Below are positions 12,150 to 25,427 of a stretch of 64,000 nucleotides of DNA, piece by piece. The number at the start of each line of letters is the position of its first letter. The first letter of the stretch is position 1. Origin of the DNA: Octopus vulgaris (Eukaryota); assembly GCA_951406725.2 (NCBI GenBank), contig OX597834.1, positions 8,742,001-8,806,000 on the forward strand, given 5' to 3'. The position numbers and the translations under genes are program-made. The notes under the pieces were generated by a model, which did not search any database, had not been told where the DNA came from, and saw only the letters and a program-made list of their open reading frames with translations.

Positions 12150-13115
12150 GGGGCGGAAAAACAAGCGCCACAGAAAAGATAATATACAATATATAGAGCC
12201 AAGGAAGTTTACTAACCGGCAAGTGCGGAACCGGTTTTCAAAATTTCGGTCAGGAAACTTTGACATCAATTAAGAACCTGGACGCTCATCATACTTCGAT
12301 CAAGATGCTTTAAGAAAATAGAGGAACTCAATCCTTGTATAAGTACTGTGAGTTAGCAATTGGCCACAACACGTCCCCATCCAGTATCTGCTGCTACTTG
12401 GTAAAGACAGGAAAAGTTAGTAAGCTGGGTGTTTGGGTTCCCCATATCTTAGTGTGAAGAATAAGTAAGATTGCATATCCAGAGTGACAAGTGTTTTTTC
12501 AAAGCAGAGAACTGACCCTTTTTCTTAATAACATGATTACACGTGTTGAAAAACGGGTCTTTTCTGATAACGTTCGTCGCAGAAGATAGTGGACTAACAA
12601 GGATAAATCCCCACAACCTTACTCAAAAGTGGTGTTCCAGTGAAGGAAGGTTATGTCGTATGTATGTTGCAATCAACGCAGTATTATCCATTTTGAGTTT
12701 TTAACTGCAATCAATCATTAAATACTAATTTCTACGCTAAGCAGTTGCAATGTGCGCATGAAAATCGTTTAAGACAACGACCTGCATGCATCAATAGGAG
12801 ATGCGTCGTCCTCCTCCTTGACAATGAAAGACCACATTCAGCAAGGATCGTGCAAGATAGAATATTCGATTTGGGCTGGTTTGTTCTACCCCATCTACCA
12901 TATTCACCAGACCTTGAACCAACCGATTTCCATCTTTTTTTGCTCTCTACAAGATGGTCTGAATGAGATAAATTACTGCAGAAGATGAGGTGAGAATAAG
13001 GCGAAAATGTGTATGGAAAGGTTCGAGAGAAATTAAAAAGCTATCTGATAAATGACAAGAGGTCATTCAAAATAATGTCAACTATACTGACTCAAAGTAA
13101 TTCATAGTAACATCT
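12150..13115 (+). pseudogene. Mariner (DD34D-type) transposase relic
   Basis: Frameshifted motifs: FSKFRSGNFD, KLGVWVPH, LLLDNERPH (cf. HDNARPH), PYSPDLEPTDFHLF (cf. YSPDLAPSD). Confidence 0.88.
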
Positions 13116-13269
13116 TTTCATGAGTAAAGGTCTTTTTCTGACAAGTCGTGTGCACGGCTAAGAGATTAAAACAGCGAAATCAACGATAAATCGCTGACCT
13201 GCTTTAACAATCAGCTTCCCAATAAATATATGTATTTCTCTCATTTTCTTTCTTTCCTTCTTTCCCTCC

Positions 13270-13327
<58 letters not shown>

Positions 13328-13348
13328 ATATATGTATGTATGAATATA

Positions 13349-13579
13349 TATTTCTTTATTGCCCACAAGGGGCTAAACACAGAGGGGACAAACAAGGACA
13401 GACAAACGGATAAAGTCGATTATATCGATCCCAGTGCAAATCTGGTACTTTATTTATCGACCATGAAAAGATGAAAGGCAAAGTCGACCTCGGCGGAATT
13501 TGAACTCAGAAAGTAACGGCAGACGAAAAACCGCTAGGCATTTCGCCCGGCGCGCTAACGTGTCTGCCAGCAGGCCGCC
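13349..13579 (-). mobile_element. SINE family A monomer carrying the alternative tail
   Basis: Head at 13579. The 3' end reads ...GGGCAATAAAGAAATA into (TA)n. Confidence 0.85.
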
Positions 13580-13787
13580 TGTATGTATGAATATATGTAA
13601 AGGTAACACACTTGGTCGCGTTAGCAAAGGAATGTGAATCCAACACCCACATTCTGTCGAGTATTAGACTATTTTGCTTAGTCATTGCCCGGTGGTTGCC
13701 ATAAGCTTTATGCTTTTATGAAAATACCATTATTATTATTTACATTGTAAATCACGGCGTCGTAATAAAAAAAAAATTCCCACCGAA

Positions 13788-13849
<62 letters not shown>

Positions 13850-13911
13850 GATTGATTTTGATTTTGATTTTTCCAGTTTCAGCTAATGAGCTGTGGCCAT
13901 GCTGGGGCACC

Positions 13912-14006
<95 letters not shown>

Positions 14007-15270
14007 GTATATATATATATTATATCAATTATGTTTATTTTTATGTTTTGGTTTATGTTCTTCATTGTTTGATTTGCTTAATGGTGGTTTTATCTCTAAT
14101 TTAATTTATATTTATACTGTGAAATTAGATTTACTCCTAAATCTAATTTTTCCCTGTAAGTTTGGATTTACTGCCTAATATTATTATTATACATATATAT
14201 ATATACACATACATGTGTGTGTGTGTATGCATTTTTCGTGATTGCCTTAATAAATATACGTATATACACATACACACATACATATATATTTGTGTGTGTG
14301 TATTTGTGTGTACGCGTGTGTGCGTGTGTGTGCGCGCGTTTTAATATGATACTTGGCATGTAAGCTTCGAAAGTCCTTCCAGTGGATTGCACTGACAATA
14401 CTATCACGATGAATATTTGCAGTACTTCATATTTTAAAGTAGATCTGATTATATGCGTAATATAGTAAAAGATGTGACAGATCAGACATCTTTTTTTGTG
14501 TATCTTAAGTTAAACGGTTTTGCTTCATTCTTTGTCTATTACGTATCTTGTTTTGCTGTCGTAGAAAAATTGTGAATATCTAAATGGTATAAGTGCCTTA
14601 GAGGTGATTTTATTTACATGTGCATTTATATAAAATAGCAGAATTAAAAATACAATCTGCTAAAATAACAGTAAAGAAGTTATACATAATAAAAAAAAAA
14701 TATTAGTTTAATAAATGAATGATTGGTGTACCTTAGATTATTGCAGACATCAGTTCTTCTGCAGCAAGAACAGAAATGGTATGGAGAAATAGGAGGAAGC
14801 AGAGTGTAAGAAAAATGCAATTGTGACATCAAAATCGCACAAGGAATAACAGAAAATATAATATTTGATAGAAAATTGGCAGGGTAAATGTGAAGGGCAA
14901 ATGTAACATCTTAGGAATAGAACCAAATAAAGTGCAGGGTCTTCAATCGGAGCTGGATGCCCTTTCTGGGGGTGGAATCAAAATATGTGGTATGGGGAAA
15001 TGTGTTAGGTAATGTTGAAGCAGCTAAGCAATTTCTCAGCAATCACATGGAGGGATATAATATTCGTGCGTGTTTGGTGATTTTTGCAGGGATTTTGTGA
15101 GAGATTTATTACGGAATTATTTATGGGGGAAATACTTTCAAATCTGCGTAGATTAGTTTTGGATTTGATCAGGTTTAATAACGGTTGTGAGGCTTTTAAA
15201 TACGTATATGTATTTATGTATGTATGTATGTATGTATGTATGTATGTATGTATGTATGTATGTGTGCATG

Positions 15271-15312
<42 letters not shown>

Positions 15313-15584
15313 CATGTATGTATATATATATATATATATATGTGCATGTATGTATATATATATATATATATACATATATATACATATATATACATATATA
15401 TATATACATATATATATAATGTGTCTGTGTATCTATGTATCTATATCTGTGTGTATATATATACGCACATATATAGATATATTTATGTATGTGTGATATA
15501 TGTATATATTTGTATATCTATCTATCTGTATATATATATATATATATATACAAACGTGTATTCACGTATGTATGCATATCTGTA

Positions 15585-15666
<82 letters not shown>

Positions 15667-16997
15667 TGTGCGTATATACGTTTGTGTGTATGTGTGTGTG
15701 CTGTGTGTGTACCTAAGTATGCAAGCATTTATGTATGCATGTATGAATGTATAGAGAGAGAAAGGTGATTATTAATATCTAAATATTATGCATTCACTTC
15801 ACAATTCGCTCCGTCATCAATAGTCTAGTTAGGCAGCGAAGAGATTTTATTTCCCTCTTATATATTTAGATATTGCAATTAATTATTTAAGTCGCAGATT
15901 TAATATGTGTAGTCATCTTTCCATGTTGTATTGACTGATTAGTTGATCAGGTGTGAGATTGCGTGTGTTCCGGAAGTATATGCGCTTATGGGTTCCAATG
16001 GTTTGATCATGTGTAACGTGTAACGTTATTAAAAATATCGATGTGTTTCTAGGAGAACAGCAGAGCCGTGCCAACAGTGATTTCATATTTAGTATATGTC
16101 ACTATTAGTGTTTATACGAAATAGAGTGGGAGAACTTTATTGAAGAGAAGGTTAGATAGCTGCATTGTTTAATAATATAGTTTGGGTTTTTCTCTTCGTA
16201 TAGATGAAATGAGTAAATGTGGTTTCGCTATAACGTTATTTAATCGGGCTTATATTGTGTGTCGTGTCCTACGTTTTATTATGGCGTTTTAATAGGAAGT
16301 ATTTTCAATAATGCTTGTATTACGGAATTAATTTCATTCTGTGTATCTTATGGCAGGCTGCATGAGGTGGCATAAATACTGTAGGGTAAGTAATTACTTT
16401 TAAAAGACGTATATCAGGAGCCATGAGGCTAGAAGGAAATTATTTGTGCAGAAAATTCTAGAATGTGTGATTAGGCTTCAAGTACCTCAGTTTAAAATGA
16501 TTCATAGTTAATCCGATGTGATAAGTATCCTTTTGATTATAAGCAACCTTCAATGTGCATGAGAAAATAAATAAAATTTGAGTCAATTTCATGTGAAAAC
16601 ACTTATCCAGTCTGAATGGATTGTGATAACGTTTTAAGTTTTTGATGAAGTAACATTTCAAACATACTTATGTGTGCTTCACTTCGTCAGTATTTGCGCG
16701 TATATAAGTATATAAGCACACAAACACGCACGCACACACATACACACACACACACACATCACACACACATACACACACACATACACACTCACACACGTTA
16801 AAAGAAGACGTAAAATAGATTGATTGAATACGCCCTTAAATTACCGCTTTCACCTAGTAATCAGCCTTGTGATATTTTGCCCCATCTTTCTGCAGACTAG
16901 TGTACATATTATCAATGGAATATTGATGTTCTGTTATCATAGTACATATATCAGCAAATAAGAGAAGAGTGCACTCTACTTATGATCTCAAAAATAC

Positions 16998-17107
16998 CTC
17001 CATTTTGCACTCTGTAATTCTTGACTGTCGGAAATTTTGTAGTTTCTTGCAGTAACTCCTGTCTAGCTTTTGCATGTTTTTCTTACTCTGAGCAAGATGC
17101 TGAAGGT
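16998..17107 (-). CDS. Weak candidate 110-bp internal exon of an unidentified host gene
   Basis: Polypyrimidine acceptor TTCTCAACTTTCTCTCACGTAG and donor GAG|GTATTT. One open frame (LQHLAQSKKNMQKLDRSYCKKLQNFRQSRITECKME); no homology recognised. Confidence 0.2.
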
Positions 17108-18779
17108 CTACGTGAGAGAAAGTTGAGAATGAATCACGTCCGAGTAGACGTAAGTCACTCACAATTCACAGTCAGGCCGCCGATTCACAATGAATGAAAA
17201 CACTCGGACACATAGAGAGAGCATGGTTTTCGCTATAGAAGAAAACTGCCTAACACAGCTTCTACATCACGTTGATTATATATATACTAAACGCTTTTCT
17301 GGACATGCTCCACTTCGGGGGTGGTTTCCATTCGACTCGATTTGAAGTATACTATGTCTTATAACAATATTTGTTTTTAAAGGCAGCCTCCTTTTGACGA
17401 AATACCAAACTGGACTGTTTCAAAAAAACACAATATGTGATACTGATAGCGTGTAAGTTAGTGAGCATTTTTTAACAATGAATCCATGACACATTTCTTT
17501 TCTTCGCTTCGTCTGTAGTAGTTAGTAATTGTATTTGTTGCTAATGTATGAAAATTTAGATTGCAGATTTTGTTTCTTGCACTGCTTTCTTATGGACTGT
17601 GTTGCTATGGGCCTGTTGGGAGGGAATTTATTCAAATTTTCGTTGTACAAAATACGGATTGTTGTTTCATGAACCCGTGACTTCATTTAATTAATTTAAT
17701 AAAAGTTTAATCTAACTGTTTTTCTAACCTCTCCTAAGATCTATTTTACAACTCTATTATGAGCTTGTTTTTTTTTACACGCAAATATGACACATGACAG
17801 TCCATAGCCCACAATTCAATGCCGAGAAGACTTGCTTTCATTAATTTACAGCAGGCATAATTGCGAAAATATTTGCTCAAGTTTCTATTCAAAGTGTAAC
17901 CAGGGATATAGATTTACACGGATTGTATCATGAGCATTAGATAAATTTAATTTAATATTTCTATTGTCACTTTTGGTCCTTTCTATAATTAATCTCACCC
18001 CACATTTATTATGTGTATCTAAACCAGTTTTGAATATATTTATTCTGTATTTATTCCCAAAGCAATTTAAATCTCCAATTGTGACTGATTTAGATTGAGT
18101 GACGCGCAATTTGTCAATATATACATTCACATGCGCGCTTTTAAAAGGCAGCGTCACGCAAGGCAGTAGCAGATGCCTTTATTTAATCAAATGCATTTAT
18201 TTGCCCAAGTTAAAATTTTGCTGGCTTTATACAAAAATTCACTATCCAAGAAACCATGCAACGTATAAAGAACCAACTTGATCAACACGTTCGAAGTATT
18301 TGGGTTTGCAATACAACGCAATTCATCTTAAAATCTTTACCGTGGTTCAATATTACTGTAGACCTTAGCCCAGAACAGTTGTAGGAGGAGCGGCGTAAGA
18401 ACTGACACTTTTAGATTTCCACCAATTTTAAAACGCCGAAACCTTTCATATCACCAACTGTTTAGAAGGCAACATCTCTAAAAAGAATTTATTGATGCCC
18501 AATATACTCACACTGGTACACAATATTTGACCACAGCACAAGCCATTCTTATAAATCTGACCGAATAAAGCCTCGAACATCTCACTTCGTCTTTCGAAAT
18601 TGAGTTTCTGCCCGCGTAAGTCTGACTGACATACGGGTGTCTTTACCCTATTTTTGAAAGCCATTTTCAAAGCTATTCTTTGATTTTCTTAACTCTCTCT
18701 CTCGCTCTGCCTAGTTAGAGAGAGAGAGAGAGAGTGTGAGAGCTGGTAAAATAGAGTGTGAGAGAGTGAGTGAAAGAGC

Positions 18780-19200
18780 GACTCGTATCTGAAATCCCTG
18801 TACGTTCTTCTCTAAATATATGGATTAAAAGATCGTCTTCTGAAATTCTTGTAAAGAGCAAAGCTTCTATTTCTAAATATTCAAGACCGTCCAGGATTAG
18901 CATAAATCCAATCAGCAACATTGATTCCCTCACTACGTGATATCAAATTGACAATCACAGAGGTGTGTGATAACAGCACCAATTTGTACTAAAAGTAATA
19001 TGACACTTGTTGAGATTTCTTAATCTACTGTTGGTAATCTCTTCATACAATGCCAAATCTACGTATATACAGCAATCATGCATCGTCTCCAAGTTCGCAG
19101 TAGAGACCAAGATAGGGATTTGGATGTATTCCTGCTAGTAATCCATACGAAGGTTTACAGTCTTCGCTGAATGAAAAGGTTTTGATATACGTAGAATGCG
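18780..19200 (-). pseudogene. Possible highly decayed LINE RT fragment
   Basis: Remnant peptide CIYVDLALYE resembles an RT D-KAFD region. Many stops; weak. Confidence 0.25.
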
Positions 19201-19212
19201 TAGAAAGTAAAT

Positions 19213-19964
19213 GCCTATTTTTTTACTACCCACAAGGGGCTAAACACAAACAGGACAAACAAACGGATTAAGTTAATTATATGAAAACTGGTACATGTAA
19301 TCGATCCCGAAAGGATGAAAGGCAAAGTCGACCTCGGCAGAATTTGAACTCAGAACGTAACGGAAGACGAAATACCTATTTCTTTACTACCCACAAGGGG
19401 CTAAACATAGAGGGGACAAACACGGACAGACAAAGAGATTAAGTCGATTATATCGACCCCAGTGCGTAACTGGTACTTATGAATTCGATCCCGAAAGGAT
19501 GAAAGGCAAAGTCGACCTCGGCGGAATTTGAACCCAGAACGTAACGGCAGACGAAATACCTATTTCTTTACTACCCACAAGGGGCTAAACATAGAGGGGA
19601 CAAACAAGGACAGACAAAGAGATTAAGTCGATTACATCGACCCCAGTACGTAACTGGTACTTAATTTATCGACGCCGAAAGGATGAAAGGCAAAGTCGAC
19701 CTCGGCGGAATTTGAACCCAGAACGTAACGGCAGACGAAATGCCTATTTATTTACTACCCACAAGGGGCTAAACACAGACTGGACAAACAAATGGATTAA
19801 GTCAATTATATCGACGCCAGTGTGTAACTGGTACTTATGTAATCGATCCCGAAAGGATGAAAGGCAAAGTCGACCTCGACGGAATTTAAACTCACAAAGT
19901 AACGCAGACGAAATACCGCTAAAAATTTCGCCCGTCGTGCTAACGCTTCTGCCAGCGCGCCGCC
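19213..19964 (-). mobile_element. SINE family A multimer (about 4 units)
   Basis: Head at 19964. The plus-strand junction GACGAAATACC|TATTTCTTTACTACCC recurs about every 180 bp. Confidence 0.9.
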
Positions 19965-20724
19965 TTATTTATTTTCTAAAGCTCGCCGTAGAAAATAAAT
20001 ACCCTCGCCACACCACCCAATCACAATAATAGTAAATTACCGAAATATATATCGAACACACGGCTTTCCGACTCTAACATCGATATGTCTCTGAAAAGTG
20101 CTCCCACCATACTTATGTGTGCGCGAGTGTGTGTGTGTGTGGTATATGGTGTGGTGGTGGTGGTGGTGTGTGTGTGTTTGCGTGTGTGAGTGTGTGTGTG
20201 TATGGAATGTTGCTTCTGCAACACATTTCGGTAATGGTACTTCCGATTACAGATATTCCCCCATACATTCCTTACTGGTAAAGACATAGTTTTTCTACTC
20301 CTATACTCACAAGGCCGCCTGAAACTTTTGGTGAGGGTTTACTCCATTACATCGACCCAAGTATTCAACTGGTACATTATTTTCTACATTCCGAAACGAT
20401 GAAAAGCAAAGTTGTCCGCGGTCGTAATTTAGTTCGGAGCGTAGAAGAAATACTCTTAAACTTTGTATCCGGTGCAGTAACGATTCGCTAGGCTCGTCGG
20501 TAGTAAAAATAAAAAGCAGAACCGCTTGCTATAAATACGTTCAGACTAGAGTAAGGAACATCAAGGAACTTTCTTATAGAAATTCGTACTGATTTCATGC
20601 TTCAATGATTTCCAGCTTGGAATCTTTTACCGTTAGGGATAGATTCTGTGTCACTGGTATGCTCTATGCTGAGTCCTGGATGGTAAGAGGCAGAGACAGC
20701 AGCAATTTATAAACGAAACCCAAA

Positions 20725-21487
20725 GCAGCGAGCTGGCAGAAACGTTACCACGTCGGGCGAAATGCTCAGCAATATTTCCTCTGCCGTTACTTTCAGGGTT
20801 CAAATTCCGCCGAGGTCGACTTTGCCTTTCATCTTTTCGGGGTCGATAAATTAAGTACCAGTTACGCACTGGGATCGATGTAATCGACTTCATACGTTTG
20901 TCTGTCCTTGATTGTCGTCTCTCTGTTTAGACCCCTTGTGGGTAGTAAAGAAATAGGTATTTCGTCTGTCGCTACGTTCTGAGTTCAAATTCCGCCGAGG
21001 TCGATTTTGTCTTTCATCCTTTCGTGGTCAATAAATTAAGTACCAGTTACGCACTGGGTTCAATATAAACGACTTAATCCGTTTGTCTGTCCTTGTTTGT
21101 CCTCTCTGTATTTAGCCCCTTGTGGGTAGTAATGAAATAGGTATTTCATCCGCCGCTACGTTCTGAGATCAAATTCCACCGAGGTCAACTTTGCCCTTCG
21201 TTGTTTCGGGGTCGATTAAATAAGTACCAGTTACGCACTGGGGTCGATATAATCGACTTAATCCCTTTGTCTGTCTTTGTTTGTCCTCTCTGTATTTAGC
21301 TCCTTTTGGGTAGTATAGAAATAGGTATTTCATCCGCCGTTACGTTCTGATTTCAAATTCCGCCGAGATCGACATTGCCTTTCATCATTTCGGGATTTAT
21401 AAATTAAGTACCAGTGAAACACTAGGATCGATGTAATGAACTGGTCCCCTTCTCCATAGTCCTGGCCTTGTGCCTACAGTACAAAGT
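20725..21487 (+). mobile_element. SINE family A multimer: head + 3x(body+alternative tail) + body+standard tail
   Basis: Three GAAATA|GGTATTTC junctions at about 20955, 21139 and 21323. Confidence 0.9.
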
Positions 21488-21491
21488 TTTA

Positions 21492-21887
21492 GGATCTTTT
21501 CGTTTTTATCTATCGGTGTCATATGAAATTGCCACCCATAATTATGACCCTAGAATCGATCTATTGTATTTCAATCTCCTTTAGGGTTCGGGGTGGAGGA
21601 AGGGTATATTTTCTCCTTCGCAAATGTAAATAAACCCAATCTATTTCTTAAACGAGGGAATATTCATACGGCACAGAATGCTTTTTAACTCAATAAACGT
21701 CACTGATTGGTTGAAATTGCAGAAATTGAAGAAAAAACAGCAAATATCTTACAAACTATAGAATTTTCTCAATAAAGCCAAGAGAAAAAAAATGTTTTAT
21801 AAACACATTCTACCAGTATACGAAGTTAAACATTTTTTAGTTACCTTGAAATTATGTTAAAAACTGCCGTTCAAACCGAAAAAATCC
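21492..21887 (+). mobile_element. MITE with GGATC.. TIRs and 8-bp TSD (Merlin-like)
   Basis: Homologous to 58931-59353. Flanks AAGTTTTA / AAGTATTA match at 7/8. The left TIR is partly deleted. Confidence 0.8.
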
Positions 21888-22648
21888 AAGTATTATTAAC
21901 GAAACCCATTCTCCGACTATCATACAACACAATTCCTGACTTCATATCTTTCTTGTATACATCGTACAAATCATTGCTGAAAAAAGACAACCCACAACGC
22001 ACAATTTCTAGTCCAGATATTGACAAGCGAGACAACATCGTTTTTTATTCATAGAGGAAAACTTTTCAATGTAGTCCGTTCGCTTTCTATTCCTTTCACA
22101 AGTTAAAATGTGATATATTTTTATATTTTATATGCAAAAAATATAAGAAGATAATTAAATACATTAAAAAACTCCTCTTTGTTCCTCTTGCTACATTTAT
22201 CCAATCTTCACCCTTCTCTATTTAAGTGCGTGTGTATGTGTATTCGTATTTCCATTCGTATGTCTGCATGCGTTCGCAGGCGCTTTGCTCTTTCGCCTCT
22301 ATATTTATCCAGCAGACAGTATGCTTCCGTCTGTCAGTCTTTTATTTTTATTTTATTTCATTCAATACCTTTTACGTGTGCAAGTCAGAGTAAAGATATT
22401 AAAGTTTAAATATACAGTTCTTTTTCTTCTACAAAGTTGATATGAAAGAAATTCGTTATTAATAATTCACTAACCTGACAGAAAATTTTCGTAGTAGACT
22501 AATATTTATCTATTTTATTTTATAGACGTTAGTAGGAAACTGTCTCAAGTTCTACCTGGATAGTTAATATTTAAATGACGTAAGCGCTATCATATTCAAT
22601 GTGAAGAGTAGGGTAACTTTATTTACAAGAGATTGTTTAAATATGGAG

Positions 22649-22691
<43 letters not shown>

Positions 22692-22857
22692 CAAAGATGC
22701 TAGTTCTAAGATCTCCTTAAGAGATCAACGCAGTAGTTGTCCTAACGAGAAAAGTTCAGAGCCACTTCAACATGGCTGTCTGTTCGAACGGACAGCCATT
22801 CTGAACTGACTACGAACATTATATATGCATATACATACATACATATATATATACATA

Positions 22858-23125
22858 CAACAATATAAGGAATGGCCATATAGGACATTCGACTCACTAG
22901 AAAGAGCAGCCAAAACTCATACCGCTAAATAGTTGTAATTCTGAAATAGAAAGAGAGATAAAAACGTTTACCCCTTTCATCTCTGGACTATGCATGAAAG
23001 GGATGAAAGGGGTAAACGTTTTTATTTCTCTTTCTACTTCAGAATTACAACTATTTAGCGGTATGAGTTTTGGCTGCTCTTTCTAGTGAGTCGAATGTCC
23101 TATATGGCCATTCCTTATATTGTTG
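22858..23125. repeat. 124-bp near-perfect inverted repeat with 20-nt loop
   Basis: 22858-22981 and 23002-23125 are reverse complements with 2 mismatches by manual comparison. Confidence 0.93.
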
Positions 23126-23224
23126 AATGTATATTATATAGTCTTTGACTATTTTTCCTTTCTCACTAGACCGCTGGTAGCGGAAAATTTTTTCTAGAAT
23201 ATTTTACTACCCTTATATTTATTA

Positions 23225-23319
<95 letters not shown>

Positions 23320-23537
23320 CTCTGTGTGTGTGTGGTTTGACCAGACTATCGGAATGTTGTTATACATCGCTTGTCACAATGCAATTTGCATTATTTTAGC
23401 TTAAGTTTACGAATGGAACCAATCCTATCTTATGCTGCTCATTTGATCGACCCGAAAAGGAAAAAAGTAATGTCGACCTCGGAGGGATTTGAACTTAGAG
23501 CGTAAAGGCCTCATTCCATTTATTGCTAGAACAAGGC

Positions 23538-23720
23538 AGTGAGCTGGCAGAATCGTTAACGCGCTTGGCAAAATGCTTGTCTACATCTCGTCCCTCTTTA
23601 CGTTCTGAGTCGACTCCACTAAAGTCGACTCTGCTTTTTATCCTTTGAGTGTCGGTAATATAAGTAGCAGTTACCCTTACCCTTATTAGTGCTGGTCTTG
23701 CGCCAAAATTTGAAATGAAT
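23538..23720 (+). mobile_element. SINE family A, degenerate
   Basis: Head GGCAGTGAGCTGGCAGAATCGTTAACG followed by a family body. Confidence 0.7.
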
Positions 23721-24140
23721 ATAAACTATAAACCGATGTTAGCAGTAGTTAATATGGTGGAGGGAGTTTGAAATAAAGTGTATCAACTCAGGGCGTTATT
23801 CAGACATATTATTGTTCATGGCGAAACGCTGTGATTTATGTGTCAATCTGGTAAACAGAGGGTTACATTTATATTTAGGCATATATAAACGTGGCTCGTT
23901 TTAGGTTGTCAAAGTTAAACGTAAAACACAATGGAAATGGGAGAAATGGCTCTGTGATATTAGTAACATGTAAATTGATGTGTGGTTCAGATGACATGTT
24001 GAATATATTACACAACAAATGGAAAGCTTTTTGACAATCCTGAAATTATATCACAAGGTTCCCTTTAATAAGTGTCCCTGCAAAAATATCAGGAGAAGAT
24101 ATGATTTAGGGGTTTCTTCTGTTTATATTCCGGTTCAATC

Positions 24141-24679
<539 letters not shown>

Positions 24680-24831
24680 ACGGCTATGTTTATTTTCCTT
24701 TCAGACATAATATATCCATTATGACCTTCCTATATAAGATTTTAGGTTATGATTTGGGTACATTTGGCTGTTATTTCTAGTAGAACAAGTGACATTGCAT
24801 AATCTCCTTTAATTGCTTCTTGGTCCATACA

Positions 24832-25427
24832 CAGGAATCTCTCAACTATCGCGGGTGTTACGTTCCCAAACCCCCCGCGATAGGTGAAAATCCGTGATGT
24901 AGAAACAGTACTGTATATTCTCTTATTATTTTTGTAATTTATATATATACTAGCAGTATCGCCCGGCGTTGCTCGGGTTTGTAAGGGAAATAACTATATA
25001 AGCATTTTTAGAGAGTTATAGCCAAAAAATAGCAATAAAATGCATTAAAAATGGAAAAAAAATGATGGTAATTTTTTTAAAAAATCATTGACTCATCGTA
25101 GACATTTTTAGAGAGTTACTTCCCTTATATAATAGCGAAAAAATGCATTAAATCGTTTTTAAATCGTAGACTCATCGTAGACGCGCCCTAATACCCAGAA
25201 GGGCTCGATATGAATCACGACTATAAGATACCCGGTTTTGGTTACACTGCACCGCAAAATGTGGGAGCATTTAGGAATCTAAATCGTAGGAGACAGACAC
25301 ACAACTTGACTTTTATATATAAAGATATATATATTATTATAAATGCAAAACAACACTGTAAAGGTATCAACCTAAGCTTCAATAATAAACCGCGATAGGT
25401 GAACCGCGATGTGGCGAGGGATTGCTG
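24832..25427. mobile_element. Tc1/pogo(Tigger)-like MITE interrupted by a Helitron
   Basis: Imperfect TIRs CAGGAATCTCTCAACTATCGCGG ... CCGCGATGTGGCGAGGGATTGCTG, with TA after the right end. Confidence 0.65.
24950..25325 (-). mobile_element. Non-autonomous Helitron
   Basis: Minus strand starts TC and ends with a CCCGAGCAACGCCGGG hairpin + CTAG. Inserted between A and T with no TSD; homologous to the 33534 and 39671 copies. Confidence 0.82.

Noticed and set aside
16644-16696. Minus-strand CTGACGA ... GAAA hammerhead-like spacing
   Set aside because: Stem III (ATG/CAT) is possible, but stems I and II do not pair.
19213-19964. CRISPR-like appearance of the regular ~180-bp and ~148-bp arrays
   Set aside because: Whole units are homologous with no unique spacers, there are no cas genes, and the context is eukaryotic.
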